32,000 nt of DNA from a virus, in the IMG/VR virus record IMGVR_UViG_3300035670_013237, positions 30,001-62,000 of that record. One strand, 5' to 3'. Under the pieces are notes generated by a model. That model was not told the DNA's origin and did not search any database. It saw only the letters and a list, made by a program, of their open reading frames with translations. Below are positions 16,104 through 24,459 of this stretch, one piece after another; the stretch's first letter is position 1, and the number at the start of each line of letters is the position of its first letter. The translations under genes were made by a program, and so were the position numbers.

Positions 16104-16442
16104 ATGTACGAACATGGTTCAAAAGTCCGTTTACTCTCTGAGTTCACTGCTGCACTCCGGCAGGCTGATCCAATGAATCTAGGGTCTGTGCACGAAGATG
16201 AATATGAGCCTGAGGCTCTATCAATCTTGGCGAGGTTCGCGGAGTCTGGATTTCACCTTGCGGAAGACAGTGAGGACATACATCCCTATGCTACAGGAAT
16301 TGTGGCCGAGGTCATGAAGTTCTGGTTCAACTCCGCGGTTGAGGATGACTCACAGTTTCTTGCCAAGTGGAGCTCTTTGGCTGCACGATTGGTTGAAATT
16401 TATCTCGCAGCATGGCCCTTGAATGACCAGAAAAATGGATGA
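16104..16442 (+). CDS. Hypothetical acidic protein (112 aa)
   Basis: Only the part of the ORF-track ORF 15741-16442 downstream of ATG 16104 (MYEHGSKV...) looks coding. The stop overlaps the next gene's ATG. Confidence 0.5.
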   Translation: MYEHGSKVRLLSEFTAALRQADPMNLGSVHEDEYEPEALSILARFAESGFHLAEDSEDIHPYATGIVAEVMKFWFNSAVEDDSQFLAKWSSLAARLVEIYLAAWPLNDQKNG

Positions 16443-17449
16443 AAAATAAGATGAAGGTTTTTATTACGGGTGCCGCAGGATTTTTGGGCAGCCATCTGAT
16501 GTTGCACCACCTCAAACGTGGTGATAGTGTACTGGGTGCGGACAACTATTCGTCTTCCAAGAGAGATTCCCGGCACATCAAGCTGCTGCGCGAGCTCTAT
16601 AGTCCTGATCGCTATTCACTCTGTGACGTTGACATCACAGAGTACATGGACATCTTGTGGGAGTTTGAGAAGTTCAATGCCAAGTGTCCTGGAAAATTTG
16701 ATCTAATCTATAATTTTGCATGCCCAGCATCGCCCCCAAGGTATCAGAACATTCCAGTTGAGACCCTGCTCACTTGCACTGTGGGCACGGCAAACGTGCT
16801 TCAGATGGCAAAGCAGCATGGATCTGTCGTTGTTCATGCCTCGACGTCTGAAGTTTATGGTGACCCAATCGTGAGTCCCCAGCCTGAGACCTACAGGGGC
16901 AATGTCAATCCTTATGGCCCAAGGTCTTGCTATGACGAGGGCAAGCGGGCAGCTGAGGCTCTGTGCTATGATTATTTGCATAAGCATAATGTTGACGTGC
17001 GCGTGGCTCGGATCTTCAACACCTATGGTCCGCACATGGACATGGAAGACGGCCGCGTCATTAGCAATTTTATCGTGCAGGCTCTTCGTGGTGAACCATT
17101 CACTCTGTATGGACAAGGCAAGCAGACACGCAGCTTCTGTTACGTAGACGACATGGTCCGTGGCATCACTGCACTCGCAAAAATTCCCAAGAATCCAGGA
17201 ACGCCTGTTAATGTGGGCAACCCTGAAGAGTTCAAGATCAGTGAGCTCGCGGTCATCGTCAATGCTATGATCCACTCAGGCACGCAGCCTAAGATCAAGA
17301 AGCTACCGCTGCCTGTAGACGATCCGCTCCAGAGGAAGCCTGACACAACTTTGGCAAAGCAGCTGCTCGGGTGGAACCCACAGGTTTCTCTGGCTGAGGG
17401 CCTGTCAAAGACGATAGACTGGTTTCGAGAAGAGTTGGCTCCTGTTTAG
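16439..17449 (+). CDS. UDP-glucuronate decarboxylase (UDP-xylose synthase), SDR-family NAD-dependent epimerase/dehydratase
   Basis: 'ITGAAGFLGSHL', 'STSEVYGDP...PQPETYRGNVNPYGPRSCYDEGKRAAE', 'RIFNTYGPHM...DGRVISNF' and 'GQGKQTRSFCYVDD' are hallmark UXS motifs. Confidence 0.85.
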   Translation: MKNKMKVFITGAAGFLGSHLMLHHLKRGDSVLGADNYSSSKRDSRHIKLLRELYSPDRYSLCDVDITEYMDILWEFEKFNAKCPGKFDLIYNFACPASPPRYQNIPVETLLTCTVGTANVLQMAKQHGSVVVHASTSEVYGDPIVSPQPETYRGNVNPYGPRSCYDEGKRAAEALCYDYLHKHNVDVRVARIFNTYGPHMDMEDGRVISNFIVQALRGEPFTLYGQGKQTRSFCYVDDMVRGITALAKIPKNPGTPVNVGNPEEFKISELAVIVNAMIHSGTQPKIKKLPLPVDDPLQRKPDTTLAKQLLGWNPQVSLAEGLSKTIDWFREELAPV

Positions 17450-17472
17450 TTTTTATACGTTAGCTAAAAGAT

Positions 17473-17531
17473 CCAACCTCAGTGTAAATTTTGGTAGTCA
17501 TGTATTACACTGAGGTTGGTCTTTCATTTTA
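17473..17531 (+). terminator. Strong hairpin terminator or processing site between uxs and dnaE
   Basis: 15-bp perfect stem: CCAACCTCAGTGTAA (17473-17487) pairs with TTACACTGAGGTTGG (17505-17519). The loop is 17 nt, and TCTTTCATTTT follows. Confidence 0.7.
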
Positions 17532-17546
17532 AGACGGAAGGAATAA

Positions 17547-20500
17547 ATGAATTCAACTGCAAACTCGGAGGGTCAAGAGAACCCGGTGAGGGCGCCGAAT
17601 CGCTTTGTCGGTTTGCACGCTCATACCGGGTTCTCCTAGTGATCCCCATTTGATGGACTTGGTTATCCTGATGAGCACTTCGCGTGGTGCATCGAAAACG
17701 GCCTTGATGCACAGGCAATTACTGAACACGGCAACTTCAATTCTTATGCTCATGCCCAACTTTGGGTAGAGAAGTGGAATTCTTCTGGTAAGGGAAGCTT
17801 CAAGTATATTCCCGGAATTGAAGCCTATTTCCACCCTGATCTTGCACAGTGGCAGCGGGACAAAGAGCTGGCAGAGCAGGCACAGTCTGACAAGAAGGCT
17901 GCCGCGAAGCTTGCAAAGACGCAAGAAGCACTTCTGACGAAGATTATTGCGCATGTCGATGAATCAGACGAGACTGAAGAGATTGAGACGACAAACGCTC
18001 TGACCATTGAGAATGAAGACGAGACGAAATCCACAAAGCACTTCAACCCCGTCAACAGGCGTCATCACCTTGTGATTCTGCCCAAAAACCAGAAGGGCCT
18101 GCTTTCTATCTTTGGTGCCTGCTCAAAGTCCTACATCGACGGATTTTATCGATTCCCACGCATGGATTTCAACATGCTCAAGGAAGCAGGAAAAGACGGA
18201 AATGTCCTCGTGTCGTCTGCCTGCATCGGCGGCTTCCCAGCCTGGGGCGTGTTCCAAGAACTCCAGAAAATCTCTTTTGACTCCCTAAATGAGAAATTGC
18301 TCGACGATCCCACGCTTTTGGAAAAGTGCATTCGCTCTGTGGGCAATGTTTATGACATGATGGTTTCCGCGGTGGGAAGGGAGAACTATTATCTCGAGCT
18401 TCAGTTCAACAGGCTTCCTGCACAAAACCTCGTCAACCGTGCACTCATTGAATTTGCGAGGAGGAATGGTGTAACCAGCCAGCTGGTCGTGACATGCGAT
18501 TCACACTATCACCGTCCGGAGCTCTGGAAAGAGCGTGAGCTGTACAAGAAGCTCGGCTTCATGAATTACACTACATACAGCCCAGACTCTCTTCCTAAGA
18601 GCAAAGACGACCTCAAGTGTGAGCTGTATCCAAAGAATGCAACGCAAGTGTGGAGTGAGTACCTCAAGTCCAAAGAGGGCACATCATTTTATGATGACAG
18701 CTTGATTGCTGATGCAATAGAGCGCACACACGACATTGCACATCGAGTAATTGGTGAAGTGCCGGCCGATCGCTCAGCCAAGTTTCCGACTAAGAAGCTC
18801 ATTCCTGAAGGATCGTCGTCTTTCAACCACCTTGTCACCCTCTGCAAAGAAGGTATGGTGAAGCGTGGCCTGCAAGACAAGCCTGGATATATTGAGCGCC
18901 TCAGAGAGGAGCTGGGTGTTATCAAGACGATGAAGAATGCTGATTACTTCATCTCGTACCAGAAAATCATGGAGCTGGCTCGCGAGGTTTGTCTCGTTGG
19001 TCCTGCCCGCGGTTCTGGTGGCGGCTCTCTTGTTGCCTATGTTCTCTACATCACTGATCTAGATCCGATATACTGGGATCTCCCCTTCAGCCGATTTCTA
19101 TCCGTCTACCGCCAAGGTGCGCCTGACATTGATACAGACCTTTCAGATCGTGACAAGGTGCTTGAACAGCTTCGTAATTATTTTGGGTTTGAGAACGTCG
19201 TGCCCATTTCCAATTATAACACGTTCAAGTTGAAGACTCTCGTCAAGGACATTGGTAAATTCTATGGTGTTCCATTTGAAGAAACTAATGCAGCGACTCG
19301 AACAGTAGAAGATGATGTGCGTAAGGCCACTCAGAAGCACGGTGATGATAAGAACATGTTCGTACTTCAGTACGACGACGCATATGCTCATTCACCCTCA
19401 TTCAAAGCCTTCATCGACAAGTACCCACAGATTGCTGAGTCGATCAAAGTTCTTTTCAAGCAGAATCGCTCTCTCGGTCGACACGCAGGCGGTGTGCTCA
19501 TTGCTGACGACTTGCCTAATAAGATGCCTCTCATCACGTCAGGCGGTGAGCCGCAATCACCCTGGGTCGAGGGCTTGAATTTCAAGCACTTGGAGTACAT
19601 TGGTAATTTCATCAAGTATGATTTGCTCGGCCTTGAAACGTTGCGCCTAATCGAGAGGACGATTGAGCTGATACTCATCAAGCAGGGGAATCAAGCTCCC
19701 ACGTTCAAAGATGTTCGTGCGTGGTACGAAGAACACCTTGCACCTTCAAAGATTAATTTTGATGATCCTAAGCCCTATGAAGTGTACGAAAAAGCTCGGT
19801 GGGGTGGAATTTTCCAGCTCACGAGCCAAGGTGCCCAGCGTCTCTTTGTCAAAGCCAAGCCGAAGAGTATCATCGACATTGCAGCTCTCACTTCCATCTA
19901 TCGACCTGGCCCCTTGGCTGCGAATGTAGACAACTTGTGGCTGAAGCATGCTGAAGAGCCTTACGACTGGGGTCATCCTCTCATCAATGACACGCTCAAG
20001 GAAACCCGAGGTCTCCTCGTCTTCCAAGAAGGTGTCATGGCACTCGCGAATAAGGTAGCAGGTTTTCCGCTCGCTGAATGTGATGAAGTGCGTCGAGCAA
20101 TCATGAAGAGAAATCTCTCGGCAGGCGACGCTGCGAAGAAGAAAGTGAAGGAGCTCGAAGATTCGTTCGTCGCAGGTGCCGTGAAGAATGGTGTACCTGA
20201 ATCTGTCGCACGGCGAATGTATGAGACTATCTGCTTCATGAGCGGTTATGGTTTCAACAAGTCACATGCAGTGGCATATGCAATCGATTCTTTCTGGTGT
20301 GCGTGGCTCATGACTTATTACGAAGAAGAATGGGTCTGTGCGTACATGGAGTCCATGTCAGGCTCGCCTGAGACAAGGGCGAAAGCATTTGGTGAAGTGA
20401 AAGCGCTCGGCTACCAGATCGTTCCAATTGACATCAATCTCGCTGAGCTGGGCTGGACTGTTCTTCCAGGCAAGAAGCTGATGCCCTCCATGAAATCTTG

Positions 20501-21281
20501 TAAGGGAGTGGGTGATTCAGCAGTCGAAGAAATCATGCAGAATCGTCCGTACAGGACGATCGAGGAGCTGCTCTGGGATGATGATTTTCAGTGGAAGCAC
20601 AGCAAGTTCAACAAGAAGGCACTCGACGCTCTGATCAAGATTGGTGCCTTCAATTCAATGGACATCGTTGGAGAAGGCAAGCTCTTCAACAGCTACCATC
20701 ACATGCACGAAACTCTCTTGGGATCTCACGTCGAGACCGTGACTAAGAAGAGAAAGGGTGTTGAGGTAACTGAAGATGTTGAATTCGATCACATGGCACT
20801 GGTCAGGAGGTCCACAAAGACCGATCCACACGAGGGCTTGAAGAATCTCTATAAATTGGTGAGGCAGTGCTCTGAGGTCGAGGAGTGGACTGCATCAGAG
20901 CGTGCACAAAATATGGTTGAAGTATTTGGAACTCTCGACGTTCTGTCACTGATAGACCACAGCTTGCTCTCAGCATTTGAGACTAAGGGCATCAATTCGA
21001 TCGATGCTCTTGAGCCAGGCGACCCGCAGGTGGTCTGGTTTGTTGCGGTGCCTGTTGCACCCAAGAAGGGCACAAAACCATCCGTCGGCTTGAAGAAGAC
21101 CACCAAGACAGGTAAGGAATATGTGCAGATTTTTGCTCTAGGCCCAACAGGTAAAGTAAATAGAATTACAGTCTGGGGGTGCAAAAATCTTCCAGAACCA
21201 TTTACAATATTTTGTGCCGAGGTCAAGAAAGATGACTTTGGGATGTCGACCACACAGTGGAAAATGAGAGAAATATCATGA
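17547..21281 (+). CDS. dnaE: DNA polymerase III alpha subunit (DnaE), reading frame interrupted by in-frame TAG-TGA at 17637-17642
   Basis: SD GGAAGGA plus ATG 17547. PHP motif 'RFVGLHAHTGFS' is followed by the two stops. The same frame then continues 'SPFDGLGYPDEHFAWCIENGLDAQAITEHGN...' into the 1069-aa ORF. That ORF carries 'GPARGSGGGSLVAYVLYITDLDP', 'PDIDTDL', 'RHAGGVLIA', 'YRPGPL' and 'GYGFNKSHAVAYA'. Confidence 0.85.
17634..17645 (+). other. Candidate recoding (hop) site TCC-TAG-TGA-TCC inside dnaE
   Basis: Identical Ser codons flank the two stops. Skipping 9 nt restores the H-x-H-[ST]-x-[FY]-S-x-x-D-G spacing seen in E. coli DnaE (VHSDYSMIDG). Confidence 0.5.
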
Positions 21282-21496
21282 CATACGCTTATCAGTGCCA
21301 TGGTTGTGGCCATAAGTTTGAAATCCAACAATCAATCAAAGATGAATCGAGAGCACAGTGCCCATCATGCCAAGAAATCACCACGACCAGAATTATTACT
21401 GGCGGAGCTGGCTTTTTGCTCTCAGGCGGAAAATGGGCAGCTGATGGTTATGGCATCAATCTCGAGCGCGAAAGAAAAGAAAAAAATTTACCTTGA
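21278..21496 (+). CDS. FmdB-family zinc-ribbon protein
   Basis: 'YAYQCHGCGHKFE...AQCPSCQ' is the typical CxxC...CPxC small zinc ribbon. The ATG overlaps the dnaE TGA. Confidence 0.7.
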   Translation: MTYAYQCHGCGHKFEIQQSIKDESRAQCPSCQEITTTRIITGGAGFLLSGGKWAADGYGINLERERKEKNLP

Positions 21497-21512
21497 TTAG
21501 GAGAACTGCCTG

Positions 21513-22040
21513 ATGTTGCCAGGAATGCAAATGAAGCTGTTTGAGTGCGCTGATCCCCCTCGCCCAAAATATTTTAGCAATGAAGTTCTAGAAATGACCC
21601 TGGACAAGCTTCTGCCAACAGTCGCTACTTGGCTGCAAGATGAACAGGCCGTGGATGATCCAGCGGTGAGAGATGACATCAGGAATGCAATTGAGTTTGA
21701 TGATGATTCTTACCAAATTGTGAATTACCTAGATGACAGGGGCTGGCAGTGTGATCGCAGCCTCATTGATGTTATGGACGCAGTAGGGCGGTTTCGCCAG
21801 GCGAGCCACGATTATCAAGTGGAAAAATGGGTTCTGAACAATGGGATTCAGCCAAAGTCTAAAGTTGGTGACAGAGTAAACTTTAAGTCAAAAGGAAAAA
21901 TGTGCACTGGCGAGGTCATCGAAGTCAAAGAGAGCTTGGCAAAATATTTGATTTTTTGTCCTGAACTGGGTCATGTTCCTAAGGGTCAGATTGGTGTACT
22001 AGGTGTGTGTCTTTCATATGAAGATACACAGCATGTTTAG
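21513..22040 (+). CDS. Hypothetical protein (175 aa)
   Basis: AGGAGA lies 8 nt upstream of the ATG. No recognised motif. The C-terminus 'KVGDRVNFKSKGKMCTGEVIEV' might be a small beta-barrel. Confidence 0.6.
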   Translation: MLPGMQMKLFECADPPRPKYFSNEVLEMTLDKLLPTVATWLQDEQAVDDPAVRDDIRNAIEFDDDSYQIVNYLDDRGWQCDRSLIDVMDAVGRFRQASHDYQVEKWVLNNGIQPKSKVGDRVNFKSKGKMCTGEVIEVKESLAKYLIFCPELGHVPKGQIGVLGVCLSYEDTQHV

Positions 22041-22109
22041 TGTGCCAGTGTAGTCCCTGTACAGTGCTGAGCATGCAATTTACTTTTTAGATTCAATTGT
22101 GAGGTTACA

Positions 22110-23153
22110 ATGAAGATTGGTTTTTCTTTCTGGGGTTTCTTGGCTTCTCTTGAGAACAGCACACATGTCAACACACCAGACGGAACACGCGGTGATCGTC
22201 TAGATTTTGTCACCGAACTCCTGTCAAGAGGGCACGAGGTAATTCGTCTGCAAAAGCAGCGTGAAGACGTGCTGTTTCCTGGAACCACTGTGGACGACAC
22301 AGGCTTCCCTGATGTGGATCTGGTGTACTGCGAGTGGAGATGGCCCACTTGGAAAAACTCAGGAGATGCCCCGGCTGAGCCTGACTACAAGCGCCAAAAT
22401 GAACTGCTGGACTACTATCACGCTAAAGGTGTCCCCATCATCATTCATGACGGTGATCTGAGAATGACACCTGAAGATGAACAGCGGTGGCCGAATGCGG
22501 TTCTCGCTGATCCGTGCATTTCTCCTAAGAAGCAGACGAGGGATCGCCTGTCCATTCCCTGGGTCAAGGATATGACACGGCAGTTTCGGGCGTCACAAGG
22601 CTCATACAATTACGTTTATGTGGGCAACAATTACGAGCGCGATGGGCAATTCAAGAAGTACTATAGTGATCCGAGCGTGGGATTGCGCTCGTCAGGCATC
22701 CAGACCCTTGTTCATGGAAATTGGCTCCAGCGTTCACCTGAGCGAGCTGATCCTTCACATGCTATAATTTCATATCCGCATGTGGCCTTTGCTGCCCGGC
22801 TGTCTCTGCGGGACATTTTTCCTGCGCTGAATTCTGCGATCGCAGTGACCCACATCACGAAGGACAATTACACACAGTATGGAAATATCACTGTGCGCTT
22901 CCATGAAGCAATCATCAGCAATGTCCCCGCCTTGATTCCTGAAGAGTACATCTATGCACTGCCTGTGGGTCTTGATGGAAAATTAGTTGTAAAGTCGCCT
23001 GAGGATGTGGTAGAAAAAGTCAAGTGGCTCTCTCAGCTCTCTAGTGAAGAGAGAGAGTTGATTGTGCGCCAGCAAGAAGAAGTCCTAATGTCGATCGCAG
23101 ATCCGCGCCCTTCTACACGCGTCGACAGAATTGAAATGATTGCAAGGGGATGA
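22110..23153 (+). CDS. Putative DNA hydroxymethylcytosine glycosyltransferase (T4 beta-glucosyltransferase-like)
   Basis: 'YNYVYVGNNYERDGQFKKYY' resembles T4 BGT 'LDVIYGGSFRSGQRESKMVEF'. 'NSAIAVTHITKDNYTQYGNITVRFHEAIISNVPALIPEEY' resembles 'NSQAIAALIIGDKNYNDNFITLRVWETMASDAVMLIDEEF', with the UDP-binding Arg/Glu positions conserved. It is adjacent to the kinase and gp42-like genes. Confidence 0.55.
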   Translation: MKIGFSFWGFLASLENSTHVNTPDGTRGDRLDFVTELLSRGHEVIRLQKQREDVLFPGTTVDDTGFPDVDLVYCEWRWPTWKNSGDAPAEPDYKRQNELLDYYHAKGVPIIIHDGDLRMTPEDEQRWPNAVLADPCISPKKQTRDRLSIPWVKDMTRQFRASQGSYNYVYVGNNYERDGQFKKYYSDPSVGLRSSGIQTLVHGNWLQRSPERADPSHAIISYPHVAFAARLSLRDIFPALNSAIAVTHITKDNYTQYGNITVRFHEAIISNVPALIPEEYIYALPVGLDGKLVVKSPEDVVEKVKWLSQLSSEERELIVRQQEEVLMSIADPRPSTRVDRIEMIARG

Positions 23154-23698
23154 ATATGATGATTGCACTTGAGGGACCTGATATGTGCGGGAAGACTCAG
23201 ATAGGCCGCGAGTTGGCTTCTAAGTTGAGTCTTGCATACTATAAAAATTCAGGAGAATGGTCGGGGGATTTACGGACAACTGATTATTTCAAAAATGTTC
23301 TGACTTATGGCACATACATTCAGACTGACATGCTATGTCAGGTCAGGCCGCAAATTTTGCTCGATCGCTTTTATCCCTCTGAGTGGGTTTATTCAAAGGT
23401 CTTCAAGCGTGAGACTGATATAGATGCTCTTGCACGAATCGATCAAATGTTCGCAAGAGCAGGTGGGCGTATCGTCGTGTGCCGGCGAAAGTCCTATGAT
23501 GGAATCACGGATGACTTGCACAGCTATGTTGGGTCCGAGGTTCTGAGGGAGCTTGATAGGGTTTACGAAGATTTTTCAAAATGGACGAAATGTAACACAA
23601 TGACGCTATGGGTTGACGATCACAATCTAGCCCGTCAGGTCACTGACATCCTGCAGTGGATTTCATCTGGTAAGAATAATAGTTTAGGTGAACTATGA
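23150..23698 (+). CDS. Deoxynucleoside-monophosphate kinase (thymidylate-kinase-like P-loop kinase)
   Basis: P-loop 'IALEGPDMCGKTQ' and 'DRFYPSEWVY' (the DRY/S motif region of Tmk-like kinases). It is translationally coupled on both sides. Confidence 0.6.
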   Translation: MNMMIALEGPDMCGKTQIGRELASKLSLAYYKNSGEWSGDLRTTDYFKNVLTYGTYIQTDMLCQVRPQILLDRFYPSEWVYSKVFKRETDIDALARIDQMFARAGGRIVVCRRKSYDGITDDLHSYVGSEVLRELDRVYEDFSKWTKCNTMTLWVDDHNLARQVTDILQWISSGKNNSLGEL

Positions 23699-24459
23699 AA
23701 ATCAATACAGTCTCTGATGTACGCAATGAATTTTCTAATTTAATCGCCTGGAGCCGATATGTCGGTCTCAACCGTGAGGCATCAATGACGAACTTGATGG
23801 GTTCGAGCACGGTCGAGATCGTGGGTGCTTGCTTCGTCGCTGATGAAGACGTCATCTTTGGCAAGGTGAACAGCGACTATGTAGAGCGCGAGAAACTGTG
23901 GTACGAGTCCATGTCACGTAGTGTCAACGATTTTCCAGGTGGGGCGCCCCCTGTCTGGAAGGCAATCGCTGACGCTGATGGGTTGATCAATTCGAACTAT
24001 GGCTGGTGTATCAACAGTCCAGAAAATGGTTCGCAATTTGAAAAGGTTGTGAAGGAACTCAAGAAGAATCCAGAGAGCCGTCGGGCAATCATCATTTATA
24101 CACGGCCCTCAATGTGGGAAGATTATAACCACAATGGTCGCAGCGATTTCATGTGTACGAATGCTGTCCAGTATTTGATTCGTGAAGGGAAAGTTCACTC
24201 CGTGGTCCAGATGAGGAGCAATGACGCGATCATTGGTTATAAGAATGACCGTGCATGGCAGCAAGACGTATTGAAGAAAGTCGCAGAAGAAGTAGGTTAC
24301 CCTGCCGGAAGTGTCATCTGGCAGGTCGGAAGCCTCCATGTGTACGAGCGTGACTTTTATCTTGTCGATTACTATGCAAAGACTGGGACACTATCAGTCA
24401 CTAAGTCGAAGTATTGCTCGTTATATCCTGATTCACCCTTTGCTAAGGATCTCAAATGA
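23695..24459 (+). CDS. dCMP hydroxymethylase (T4 gp42 homolog)
   Basis: Long colinear matches to T4 gp42: 'EIVGACFVADEDVIFG', 'INSNYGWCINS', 'NPESRRAIIIYTRPSMWEDYNHNGRSDFMCTNAVQYLIREGKVHSVVQMRSNDAIIGYKNDRAWQ' and 'GSVIWQVGSLHVYERDFYLVD'. Confidence 0.9.
   Translation: MKINTVSDVRNEFSNLIAWSRYVGLNREASMTNLMGSSTVEIVGACFVADEDVIFGKVNSDYVEREKLWYESMSRSVNDFPGGAPPVWKAIADADGLINSNYGWCINSPENGSQFEKVVKELKKNPESRRAIIIYTRPSMWEDYNHNGRSDFMCTNAVQYLIREGKVHSVVQMRSNDAIIGYKNDRAWQQDVLKKVAEEVGYPAGSVIWQVGSLHVYERDFYLVDYYAKTGTLSVTKSKYCSLYPDSPFAKDLK

Noticed and set aside
17637-17642. Stop-codon reassignment (TAG or TGA read as sense) as the explanation for the stops inside dnaE
   Set aside because: Two different stop codons sit side by side. 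TAA, TAG and TGA all terminate well-supported genes in this window at homolog-consistent ends: TAG ends uxs at 17449 and the phosphoesterase at 28492, and TGA ends dut, nrdJ-C and dnaE. Reading them as amino acids would also add residues that break the PHP motif spacing.
17553-17954. 133-aa minus-strand ORF (plus 17524-17718 and 17825-18055) opposite the dnaE 5' region
   Set aside because: The + strand frame here has clear PHP-domain homology. The antisense translations are low-complexity and Arg/Leu/Cys-rich, with no motifs. They are shadow ORFs.
3674-21281. Additional inteins in the helicase, the IMPDH/GMP-reductase-like gene or dnaE. These are hosts of split inteins in other 'fractured' loci.
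   Set aside because: The conserved motifs of these three proteins are colinear with homologs. I saw no Cys/Ser...HN-Cys/Ser/Thr bounded inserts. The only dnaE insert (17838-18062) lacks intein blocks.
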